From: Vicinamibacterales bacterium | GTDB lineage: Bacteria; Acidobacteriota; Vicinamibacteria; Vicinamibacterales; CAVVIG01 | Assembly (NCBI GenBank): GCA_036557365.1 | Contig: DATBHR010000094.1 | Span: 981-64,980 of the forward strand | Reading direction: 5' to 3' | Length of the DNA: 64,000 nucleotides | Shown here: piece after piece, positions 53,856 to 61,999 of the stretch | Position numbering within the stretch: position 1 is the stretch's first letter | How the letters are laid out: each line of letters opens with the position of its first letter | Position numbers and translations under genes: made by a program | The notes under the pieces: model-generated | Databases searched by the model: none | Seen by the model: only the letters and a program-made list of their open reading frames with translations | Told to the model about the DNA's origin: nothing

Positions 53856-54878
53856 ATGTTCTCTGCGCTCCTCTCCCATTTCTCGCACGACCTCGCCATC
53901 GATCTCGGGACCGCAAACACCTGCGTCTTCGCGCGCGGCCGCGGCATCGTCGTCAGCGAACCGTCGATCGTCGCCCTGAACAAGGTCAACGGCCGCATCG
54001 AAGCCGTCGGCACTGACGCCAAGGAAATGCTCGGTCGGACGCCCGGCAACATCACTGCCATCCGGCCGATGAAGGACGGCGTCATTGCCGACTTCGAAGC
54101 GGCAGAGCGCATGCTCACGCACTTCATCCGCAAGGCGCACAAGCGGAGCGGCTGGCTGCGGCCCCGCGTCGTCATCGGCGTGCCGTCCGAAATTACGCAA
54201 GTCGAGCGCCGCGCTGTCAAGGACAGCGCCTTCCGCGCGAAGGCAAGCGAGGTGCACCTCATCGAGGAGGCCATGGCGGCCGCGATTGGCGCCGGCATGC
54301 CGATCACCGAGGCCTCGGGCAACATGGTGGTCGACATCGGCGGCGGGACCACGGACATCGCGGTCATCTCGCTGGCAGGCGTGGTGTACGGCAAGTCGGT
54401 CCGCGTCGCCGGCAACGAGCTCGACGATGCGATCATTCAGCACGCGCGGAAGGCGCACAACCTTCTGATCGGCGAACGAACGGCCGAGCAGATCAAGATG
54501 GACATTGGATCCGCGTATCCGCTCGAGACGAAGACGACGCTCGAAGTCAAGGGACGCCATCTGACCGAAGGCCGGCCGAAGACCGTCACGATGACCGACG
54601 AAGAAGTGCGGAAGGCCCTCAGCGAACCGGTGCGCGCCATCGTCCAGGCCGTGCACGACGCGCTCGAACGGATTCCGCCGGAGCTCTCCGCTGACATTTT
54701 CGATCGCGGCATCATTCTTACTGGCGGCGGATCGCTCCTGAAGAATTTCGACAAACGCCTGCGCGACGAAACCGGACTACCGGTCCAGCTCGCGGAAGAT
54801 CCGCTGTCGTCGGTCGTGCTGGGCGCCGGAAAGATGCTGAGCGACTTCAGCTTGTTGCGAAGGATCTCACTCGACTGA
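53856..54878 (+). CDS. mreB: Rod-shape-determining actin homologue MreB
   Basis: MFSALLSHFSHDLAIDLGTANTCVF...VVDIGGGTTDIAVISL...ILTGGGSLL. Internal ATG 53856 of track ORF 53781..54878. Confidence 0.9.
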   Translation: MFSALLSHFSHDLAIDLGTANTCVFARGRGIVVSEPSIVALNKVNGRIEAVGTDAKEMLGRTPGNITAIRPMKDGVIADFEAAERMLTHFIRKAHKRSGWLRPRVVIGVPSEITQVERRAVKDSAFRAKASEVHLIEEAMAAAIGAGMPITEASGNMVVDIGGGTTDIAVISLAGVVYGKSVRVAGNELDDAIIQHARKAHNLLIGERTAEQIKMDIGSAYPLETKTTLEVKGRHLTEGRPKTVTMTDEEVRKALSEPVRAIVQAVHDALERIPPELSADIFDRGIILTGGGSLLKNFDKRLRDETGLPVQLAEDPLSSVVLGAGKMLSDFSLLRRISLD

Positions 54879-54881
54879 CAA

Positions 54882-54958
54882 GGCAGAAATTGCAGGACGG
54901 CAGAAATTGCAGGATTGGAGGGATTGCAGGATTGCAGGATTGCAGGAAGTGAAGAAGG
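54882..54958. repeat. Left arm of the inverted octamer array (GGATTGCA units) flanking the four-helix-bundle gene
   Basis: ggcagaaattgcaggacggcagaaattgcaggattggagggattgcaggattgcaggattgcaggaagtgaagaagg. Starts 4 nt after the mreB stop. Confidence 0.85.
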
Positions 54959-55036
54959 GGCCGACCGATCGCGTCGAGATCGGGCCGAATTCAACGAAAT
55001 CCCAGATGGTCCGTCGCGTGCTAGTCGATTGGCGCG

Positions 55037-55405
55037 ATGGACCCGATCGCGGAAGACCTGAAAGACCGTACCAAGCGGTTCGCCATCGCCATCATCGACT
55101 TCGTGGACACGCTGCCGCGCACGACCGCCGGGGCAGCGCTCGCGCGCCAGCTGACGCGAGCCGGCCTCGGCGTCGCCGGCAATTACCGCAGCGCCTGCCG
55201 CTCACGCTCGCATACTGAATTCACCGCACGGATGGGCATCGTCCTCGAAGAAGCCGACGAAGCCGAGCTCTGGATCGAAATGTCCTGCGAAAAACAATGG
55301 GGAGATCTCGGGCGCCGAACCCGGCTGCTCGATGAAAGCGGCCAGCTCCGTGCTATTTTTTCGAGAGCCTACCTGACCGCCCGCTCCCGCGAACGGCGAC
55401 ACTAG
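55037..55405 (+). CDS. Four-helix-bundle protein (23S rRNA intervening-sequence protein / Avd family)
   Basis: 122 aa. RTKRFAIAIIDFVDTLPRT.AG.ALARQLTRAGLGVAGNYRSACRSRSHTEFTARMGIVLEEADEAELWIEM matches the family consensus (LP....Q..R...S...N..E.....S..EF......E..E...W). Confidence 0.85.
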   Translation: MDPIAEDLKDRTKRFAIAIIDFVDTLPRTTAGAALARQLTRAGLGVAGNYRSACRSRSHTEFTARMGIVLEEADEAELWIEMSCEKQWGDLGRRTRLLDESGQLRAIFSRAYLTARSRERRH

Positions 55406-55435
55406 CGCGGCGTCGGCCTTTCCTCGTTTCGTCAT

Positions 55436-55489
55436 CTTTCTTCCTTCCTGCAATCCTGCAATCCTGCAATGCTGCAATGCTGCAATTGC
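55436..55489. repeat. Right arm of the inverted octamer array (TGCAATCC units)
   Basis: ctttcttccttcctgcaatcctgcaatcctgcaatgctgcaatgctgcaattgc. Its reverse complement, ...cattgcaggattgcaggattgcaggaaggaagaaag, matches the inner ~36 nt of the left arm with one bulge and 1-2 mismatches. Ends 12 nt before the WYL-regulator ATG. Confidence 0.85.
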
Positions 55490-55501
55490 TAGAATGCCCC
55501 C

Positions 55502-56527
55502 ATGCCCCGGAACGCCGAGGTCATTCGGCAATGGGCGATCCTCCGGCAGATCGAGCAATCGCGGACTGCTGGCGTCACGATCGACGAGCTGGCGGCGGCG
55601 TGTGACGTCACGACACGAACGATCCGCCGCGACCTTCAGGCGCTCGAGGAAGCCGGCTTCCCGCTCTTCGACGATCGATCCGCGGACGACGGACGAACGC
55701 GGTGGAAGATCAACGGGCAGGCGTTCAGGGGCCTGGCGGCTGGACTGACCGTGTCGGAGCTGTGTGCGTTGTACTTCAGCCGCACGCTCGTTGAAGCGCT
55801 GTCGGGCACTCCGTTTCGCGACGACGTCGGGAGCGCGTTCGAGAAGCTCGGCTCGGTCCTGACGCCGCACATGCGACAGTTTCTCGATCAGCTGCCGCGC
55901 GTGATTTCGACCAAACCCGATCCGTTACGGCGACGGACCGACGTGGACAGCGCCCGCCAGCAACCGCTCACGGCACGCGCGCTCGAAGCGATTCTGCAGT
56001 CGCGGCAGGCGCTCGTCACCTATCACTCACAGTCGAGCGATCGGTTGAAGTCGTATCAGCTGCATCCGTATCGTCTGGCGTTCGCGCAGGGCGGCCTATA
56101 TCTGCTCGCGTTCGTCCCCGAGTACGGCGAGGTTCGGACCTTCGCGCTCGAACGGATGCAGAGCATCTCGCTCCTCGATGAACGCTTCACCGCGGTGGAC
56201 GAGCTACCGGACGCCGCGTTTCCCCATTCGCTGGGTGTCCACTCGGGTCCGCCCGAGCAGGTCACGGTCGAATTCGAGCCGGCGGTCGCCGATTACGTGT
56301 CCACCCGCGAGTGGCACCCGTCGCAATCGATCGTCCCGTTGGCGAACGGACGGCTACAGGTCACGCTCGACGTGTGCGTCGATCGTGCGCTCCGCGCCTG
56401 GATTCTGAGCTTCGGCCCCTTCGCGCGGGTGACGAAACCGGACCACTTGATCAGCGAAATCGCCGGCCAGTTCGAGGACGCGCTCGCAAAATACGCCGCT
56501 GCCGGCGCGCCGGCCGGCGATCGATAA
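55502..56527 (+). CDS. YafY/BrxR-type HTH-WYL-domain transcriptional regulator
   Basis: 341 aa. N-terminal wHTH (VIRQWAILRQIEQSRTAGVTIDELAAACDVTTRTIRRDLQALEEAGFPL). WYL-domain text (YQLHPYRLAFAQGGLYLLAFVPEYGEVRTFALERMQSISLLDERF). C-terminal extension domain. Confidence 0.8.
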   Translation: MPRNAEVIRQWAILRQIEQSRTAGVTIDELAAACDVTTRTIRRDLQALEEAGFPLFDDRSADDGRTRWKINGQAFRGLAAGLTVSELCALYFSRTLVEALSGTPFRDDVGSAFEKLGSVLTPHMRQFLDQLPRVISTKPDPLRRRTDVDSARQQPLTARALEAILQSRQALVTYHSQSSDRLKSYQLHPYRLAFAQGGLYLLAFVPEYGEVRTFALERMQSISLLDERFTAVDELPDAAFPHSLGVHSGPPEQVTVEFEPAVADYVSTREWHPSQSIVPLANGRLQVTLDVCVDRALRAWILSFGPFARVTKPDHLISEIAGQFEDALAKYAAAGAPAGDR

Positions 56528-56537
56528 TCGGTCCGCC

Positions 56538-57767
56538 ATGTCGAAGCGATTTCTGTTCTGTGTCGGCGCGTGCGTCGCGGGCCTGCTCGCGCCCGGCCTT
56601 GCCGCAACGACCGCCATCAAAGCCGGACGACTCGTCGACGGCTCGGGCCGCGTCCTCACCAACGTGGTCATCGTCATTCAGGACGACCGGATCGCGTCGG
56701 TCGGCACCGGCGCTGTTCCACCGGGCGCCAACGTCATCGACCTCGGGCACTTCACGCTCGTGCCCGGCTTGATAGACGCCCACACGCACATGACGTACTA
56801 CTGGGACCGCGCGCCCGGAACGCGTCCGCTCGGTCAGCCGCGACGGCCGGCCGGCGTCACGACGGTCCTTGCGTTCGAGAACGCGCGCCGCACGCTCGAG
56901 ACAGGCGTCACGACCGTTCGCGATCTCAGCGCCTCGAACGAAATCGACTACGCGATGCGCGATCTGATCAACATGGGCAAAATGATCGGGCCGCGCATGT
57001 TCGTCGCGGGACAGGGACTGTCCGCCGGACGCGGGGGTGAGGTAGACCCTATCGCGTTTCGCGAACAGGCTGAAGCGCGCATCGCCGCAGGATCCGACTG
57101 GGTGAAGATCTTCGGATCCCGCGGCAGCTTCCAGAGTGTCGACACCACGCAGACGGTTCCGTTCGAAGCCATGAAGGCGGTCGTAGATGCGGCGCACGCG
57201 AAGAATCACCGAGTTGCGATTCACTCTTACGGACCGTCAGGCGTGAAAGACGCGGTGCGCGCCGGCGCCGATTCGGTCGAGCACGGCATCGACCTGGACG
57301 ACGAGACGATCGCTGAAATGGTCCGTCGCGGGACCGTCTGGGTTCCCACCATCGATCACAACCGGTATTATGTGGACGCGCGGGACGAGTACGGATTCGC
57401 GCCCGAGACGATTCCGCCGCTGCAGGCCTACATCGAGAACAATCTCGAGTCGACACGACGCGCGTTCAAGGCCGGCGTGAAGATCGCGATGGGATCGGAC
57501 GCGGTCTACAGCATGTTCGGCCAGAACACGCGCGAACTGGGCTGGTTCATCAAGGCCGGGATGACGCCGGCACAAGCGCTGGCAGCGGCCACGACCGTCC
57601 CGGCAGCCCTGCTCGATCACGAGCGGGATCTGGGAGCGATTGCTCCCGGCTACTATGCCGACATCGTGGCGGTCGATGGGGATCCGCTCGCCGACATCAA
57701 CGTGCTGATCGACAAGGTTCGCTGGGTCATGAAGGGCGGCGCAGTCGTCGTGGACAAAACGAGGTGA
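56538..57767 (+). CDS. Secreted amidohydrolase-superfamily metallo-hydrolase
   Basis: Signal peptide MSKRFLFCVGACVAGLLAPGLAA, then LVPGLIDAHTHMT (HxH), later His/Asp ligand regions, and GYYADIVAVDGDPLADI. Confidence 0.8.
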   Translation: MSKRFLFCVGACVAGLLAPGLAATTAIKAGRLVDGSGRVLTNVVIVIQDDRIASVGTGAVPPGANVIDLGHFTLVPGLIDAHTHMTYYWDRAPGTRPLGQPRRPAGVTTVLAFENARRTLETGVTTVRDLSASNEIDYAMRDLINMGKMIGPRMFVAGQGLSAGRGGEVDPIAFREQAEARIAAGSDWVKIFGSRGSFQSVDTTQTVPFEAMKAVVDAAHAKNHRVAIHSYGPSGVKDAVRAGADSVEHGIDLDDETIAEMVRRGTVWVPTIDHNRYYVDARDEYGFAPETIPPLQAYIENNLESTRRAFKAGVKIAMGSDAVYSMFGQNTRELGWFIKAGMTPAQALAAATTVPAALLDHERDLGAIAPGYYADIVAVDGDPLADINVLIDKVRWVMKGGAVVVDKTR

Positions 57768-57769
57768 AC

Positions 57770-58225
57770 ATGAGACGAACCGTGATGGCAATCGCGATGT
57801 CGCTGGCGGCGGTCTCGGCTTCCGCGCAGCCGGCCGGCGAGCAGAAGAACGTGCAGGACGCGGTCGAGGCATTCCTGCTCCACCTCGGCGACGGCGAGTT
57901 CGACAAAGTCGCAGGCGATCTGGCCGTGAAGTCGATCGTGATCGTGGTCCGCGAGCGCGACGGCAAGTGGGCGAACACCTATGAGACCGGCGACGCGTGG
58001 CTGGCGAGCCTGAAGCGGAACGCGAACTTCACGAAGTTCCGCGAGCCGATCACGAACGTCAAAGTCACGATCGACGACACGGCGCTCGCGTATCTGCGCG
58101 CTGACTTCCAGGTCGTTCGGGACGGCAAGCCGCTGTCGCACGGCGTGGATCAATTCACCCTGGTCCGCGAAGACGGCCGCTGGAAGATCGCAGCCGTCGC
58201 GTATACGTCGATGGCGGTGAAGTAG
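57770..58225 (+). CDS. Secreted NTF2-like (SnoaL/DUF4440-like) protein
   Basis: MRRTVMAIAMSLAAVSASAQ signal. The ~130-aa cone-like domain ends FTLVREDGRWKIAAVAY, typical of the NTF2 fold. GTG 57764 is an alternative start. Confidence 0.6.
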   Translation: MRRTVMAIAMSLAAVSASAQPAGEQKNVQDAVEAFLLHLGDGEFDKVAGDLAVKSIVIVVRERDGKWANTYETGDAWLASLKRNANFTKFREPITNVKVTIDDTALAYLRADFQVVRDGKPLSHGVDQFTLVREDGRWKIAAVAYTSMAVK

Positions 58226-58228
58226 CTG

Positions 58229-59098
58229 GTGCCGGTCCGCCTGCTGGCCATCGACATCGATGGGACGCTGCTCGACAGCCGAGGCCGCCTGCCCGATGCG
58301 CATCGCGACGCCGTCGTCCACGCGGCGGCGTCGGGAATCGCCGTCGCGCTGGTCACGGGACGAAGTTTTCACTTCGCGCGGCCGGTCGCGGACCTCCTCC
58401 CAATCCCGCTCACCCTCATCCTCAACAACGGCGCCGTCGTAAAGGACAAGCGTGGCGCGACGCTCGCGCGCCACGTCGTGCCGAGGAACGCCGTGCGGCA
58501 CATCCTCGAGCGGACGCGCGCCTACGAGGACGGCGTCGCGATCGTCTTCGACTACGATCCCGGCGACGAAGCGGGCCGCCCGCCGTACGGCGACGAGTCG
58601 CGCCAGATCGTCTTCGAGCGGATGGACTGGACGGTCGTCAACCGCCGCGGCTACTTCGACAAGAACAAGGCGTTCATCGCGTCGTCAGACGGACCGCTGG
58701 CCGACGCGCTGTCCGAAGATCCGATCCAGGTGATGTTCAACGGCGGCGTCACGTCGATGCGCGAGCTCGTCGCGCAGCTTCGATCGCTGTCCATTGCGCC
58801 GCACATTTCGGTGGCGCTCACCGAATACGAGCATCGGGACTTCTCGCTGGTCGACGTCAACGCGGCGGGCTGCTCGAAGGGGTCGACGCTCGCGCGATGG
58901 GTCGAGTCGCAGGGCTGGTCGGGCGCCGACGTGATGGCCGTCGGCGACAACTGGAACGACGTCGAGATGCTCGACTTCGCGGGCGCGGCGTTCGTCATGG
59001 CGAACGCCGCCGACGCGCTCAAGTCGCGCGGATACCGGCTGACCGGATCGAACGACGAGAACGGCCTCGCCGCCGCCATCGAGACCTGCTTTCAGTAG
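58229..59098 (+). CDS. Cof-type HAD-IIB phosphatase
   Basis: [12 protein letters not shown] (motif I), VTGR (motif II), GDNWNDVEM (motif IV). GTG start 3 nt after the previous stop. Confidence 0.85.
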   Translation: MPVRLLAIDIDGTLLDSRGRLPDAHRDAVVHAAASGIAVALVTGRSFHFARPVADLLPIPLTLILNNGAVVKDKRGATLARHVVPRNAVRHILERTRAYEDGVAIVFDYDPGDEAGRPPYGDESRQIVFERMDWTVVNRRGYFDKNKAFIASSDGPLADALSEDPIQVMFNGGVTSMRELVAQLRSLSIAPHISVALTEYEHRDFSLVDVNAAGCSKGSTLARWVESQGWSGADVMAVGDNWNDVEMLDFAGAAFVMANAADALKSRGYRLTGSNDENGLAAAIETCFQ

Positions 59099-59164
59099 CG
59101 CAGCGCGATCACAACGCCGCCTGCGTGAGGCGCGGTGCTCGACGTCCTCGACGTCCTGCCGCAC

Positions 59165-61381
59165 TCAGACCGTAAATCCGGATCGAACGAACGGCAGCCG
59201 CCGCACGCGACGACCGGTTGCCGCGAAGATCGCGTTCCCCACAGCTGGCGCGATCGGCGGCAGCGCGATTTCGCCGAATCCGGTTGGCTTCGCTTTGCTC
59301 GGCACGATGTGGACGTCGATCCGCGGCGCGTCGCGGTTCCGCAGCAGCGGATAGTCTTCGAAGCTGGCCTGCCGCGTCCGGCCGTGATCCACGGTGATTT
59401 CGCCGAAGAGCGCCGCGCTCAGGCCGTCGATGATGCCGCCTTGCGTCTGCGCCTCGACGCTCAGCGGGTTGACGGCGATGCCGACATCGACAGCGGCGAC
59501 GACGCGATGGACATGGAGCCGGTTGGAAGCGTCAACGGACACTTCGGCGACCTCGGCGGCGTACGACCCGAACGTGAAATGCGCCGCGATGCCGCGCGAA
59601 CGGCCGCGCGGCGGAGGCGTGCGCCAGCCCGACTTCTCGACCACGAGCTGCAGCACGCCCTTGAGCCGTTCGGGGTCGTAGGGCGACGGGTCGTCGCCTT
59701 CGTACGGGACGTCCGATCGGCTGCCGTAGAAGGACATGCGGAGCGCGATTGGATCGACGCCAGCGGCGTGCGCGAGGTCGTCGAGCACGCACTCGATCAC
59801 GAACGCGTTGAAGTTGTGCGACGGCGCGCGCCACGCGCCGGTTGGAACCGACGTCAACGCTTCGCTGTACTCGACACGGCAGTTGCGGATCAGCGTCGGC
59901 TGAAAGTCGTAGTCGAACTGTTTTTTCGGGTCTGGATTGATCGGCGACATCAATCCGTACGTCTCGGTCGACTCCGGCAGGTCGCCGAGCCGGTGCCGGT
60001 TGCGCGACGTCGTGATCAGATGGTGATGCCAGACGTCGACGGCTCCCGACGCATCGAGCCCGGCGCGCACGTGATGATAGCCGGCGGGCCGATAGTAGTC
60101 GTGGCGGATGTCGTCTTCGCGCGTCCACACGACCTGGACGGGCGCACCAATCTCGCGTGAGACGACGGCGGCTTCCGCGGCATAGTCCGACATCAGGCGT
60201 CGGCCGAATCCGCCGCCGATCCGCGTCATGTGAATCGCGACGCGCTCGCGCGGGATGCCGAGCACGCTGGCAATCACCTCGGATCCCGACGTCGGCATCT
60301 GCAGCGGTCCCCAGACCTCACATCGTCCGTCGTGCACGTGCGCGGTGCAGTTCTGCGGCTCGAGCGTCGCGTGCGCCAGAAACGGCGCCTCGTAAGTCGT
60401 GTCTATCTTCGTTGCGGACGCGTTGAACGCCGCGCGCACATCGCCCGAATCGGCCAGGATCTTCCCTGGCGTTTCCGCGAGACGCCGGAACTGTGCGGCC
60501 AGCGATGCCGACGACTCCTCCGCTCCGGCGCCTTCGTTCCAGACGACGCGCAGCGCTTCGCGGCCCTTCATCGCCGCCCACGTGAACGTCGCCACGACCG
60601 CAACGCCTGGACGCAGGTAGGTCGGATTCTGATGTCCTTCGAAACTGAAAACGCGAATCACACCGGGAACGGCCAGTGCTGCGCGGGCATCGACGCTGGT
60701 CGGCCGTCCGCCGTGCACGGGCGACTTCTCGATGACGGCGTAACGCATGCCCTGAACATGGACGTCGAGGCCGTAGATCGGCTGACCGGTGACGATCTTT
60801 GGCGTGTCGACGCCGCGGACTCTTGTGCCGATGATGGAGTAACGAGCCGGGTCCTTGAGCGGCACATTTTTCGGCACCGGCAGGCTTGCAGCATCGGCGA
60901 CGAGGTCACCGTACGGCAGCGATCGACCGGTCGGCCGGTGGTGGACGACGCCTCGGGACGTTTCGCACGAACCGGCATCCACACCCCAGCGCGCGGCCGC
61001 TGCGGCGACGATCATCGCGCGAGCGACGGCACCCGCCCGCTGACCGAGCGGGCCGTCCGACGGCGTGCCATCGCTGCCACCGGCGCCCTGCCCGCCGTAC
61101 CACTCGCGGTTCAAGTCAGCTTGCTCGACATGAACGCGTGACCAGTCCACGTCCAGTTCCTCCGCGATCATCATCCCGAGCCCGGTCTTGATGCCCTGCC
61201 CCATGTCGGGATTCTTCGCCCACACGGTGACGCGGCCGTCCCTGTCCACGCGAACGTAGCCGTTCGGCCGGAAGAATCCTGTTTCGGTGCGCTTCTCGTC
61301 GAGGGCGTAGACGCTGACGGCGAGGCCACCGGCTGCGGTCGCGGCAGCCTTGAGAAACGTTCGGCGATTGAGATCGGTCAT
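59165..61381 (-). CDS. Molybdopterin-binding large subunit (IorB / aldehyde oxidase beta-like), Tat signal, paralogue 2
   Basis: Start [22 protein letters not shown] (ATG 61379-61381) overlaps the small-subunit stop as ATGA. 738 aa with a xanthine-dehydrogenase-family body. The remainder of the 1016-aa track ORF was rejected. Confidence 0.85.
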   Translation of the reverse strand: MTDLNRRTFLKAAATAAGGLAVSVYALDEKRTETGFFRPNGYVRVDRDGRVTVWAKNPDMGQGIKTGLGMMIAEELDVDWSRVHVEQADLNREWYGGQGAGGSDGTPSDGPLGQRAGAVARAMIVAAAAARWGVDAGSCETSRGVVHHRPTGRSLPYGDLVADAASLPVPKNVPLKDPARYSIIGTRVRGVDTPKIVTGQPIYGLDVHVQGMRYAVIEKSPVHGGRPTSVDARAALAVPGVIRVFSFEGHQNPTYLRPGVAVVATFTWAAMKGREALRVVWNEGAGAEESSASLAAQFRRLAETPGKILADSGDVRAAFNASATKIDTTYEAPFLAHATLEPQNCTAHVHDGRCEVWGPLQMPTSGSEVIASVLGIPRERVAIHMTRIGGGFGRRLMSDYAAEAAVVSREIGAPVQVVWTREDDIRHDYYRPAGYHHVRAGLDASGAVDVWHHHLITTSRNRHRLGDLPESTETYGLMSPINPDPKKQFDYDFQPTLIRNCRVEYSEALTSVPTGAWRAPSHNFNAFVIECVLDDLAHAAGVDPIALRMSFYGSRSDVPYEGDDPSPYDPERLKGVLQLVVEKSGWRTPPPRGRSRGIAAHFTFGSYAAEVAEVSVDASNRLHVHRVVAAVDVGIAVNPLSVEAQTQGGIIDGLSAALFGEITVDHGRTRQASFEDYPLLRNRDAPRIDVHIVPSKAKPTGFGEIALPPIAPAVGNAIFAATGRRVRRLPFVRSGFTV

Positions 61382-61872
61382 CGGGCGCCTCCGCTCTTGC
61401 GAACCGTCTCCGCTGCCGCCGTGTCCGCTGCGCGCCTGACCGCGCGCCGGATTCTCAGGTACGTCCCGCAGCGGCACAGGTTGTTCGACATGGCGTCGAG
61501 GATGTCCTGGTCGCTGGGATGAGGTTTGAACGCGAGCAGCGACGCCGCCATCATGATCTGGCCCGCCTGGCAGTAGCCGCACTGCGGCACGTCCTCTTCG
61601 AGCCATGCTTTCTGGACCGGATGCAGTCCGCCGGCGCCCAGTCCTTCGATCGTGGTGATCCGCTGCTGCGCGATCGAGGACACCGGCGTCACGCACGAGC
61701 GGATGGCGGCGCCGTCCACATGGACGGTGCAGGCGCCGCAGATTCCCCGGCCGCAGCCGAACTTCGTTCCCCGGAGTCCCAGGCTGTCGCGCAGGACCCA
61801 AAGGAGCGGCACGTCCGGCGCCAGGTCGACGGTGCGCGATTGACCGTTTACGGACAGTTGAAATGTCGCCAT
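61378..61872 (-). CDS. (2Fe-2S)-binding small subunit, paralogue 2
   Basis: [11 protein letters not shown] plus CGYCQAG...LCRC. About half of the positions are identical by eye to the 34862..35326 product. Confidence 0.9.
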   Translation of the reverse strand: MATFQLSVNGQSRTVDLAPDVPLLWVLRDSLGLRGTKFGCGRGICGACTVHVDGAAIRSCVTPVSSIAQQRITTIEGLGAGGLHPVQKAWLEEDVPQCGYCQAGQIMMAASLLAFKPHPSDQDILDAMSNNLCRCGTYLRIRRAVRRAADTAAAETVRKSGGAR

Positions 61873-61999
61873 ACGTGAGATCTGACGACAATCGCCGCCG
61901 CATTGTCCCGCGGCGATGCCGATGTTTTGCCGAGGGACGCGTGAGAACGCGGTTCGCAGCGATATAGTGAGAATCGGACCCGCGTTCCGCGGTCCGGTG

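Noticed and set aside
55037-55405. A diversity-generating retroelement, because the four-helix-bundle protein belongs to the same family as DGR Avd.
   Set aside because: There is no reverse transcriptase ORF. I also see no template-repeat/variable-repeat pair with adenine-specific differences nearby.
54882-55489. A CRISPR array or mini-array as an explanation for the tandem octamers here and at 5796-6091.
   Set aside because: The units are only 8 nt long and directly abutting, with no spacers. They occur as two mutually inverted arrays, and no cas genes are in the window.
59130-59160. A tandem 9-mer, ctcgacgtc-ctcgacgtc, in the convergent HAD/IorB gap.
   Set aside because: There are only two copies and no wider structure. 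It is probably a slippage duplication with no evident function.
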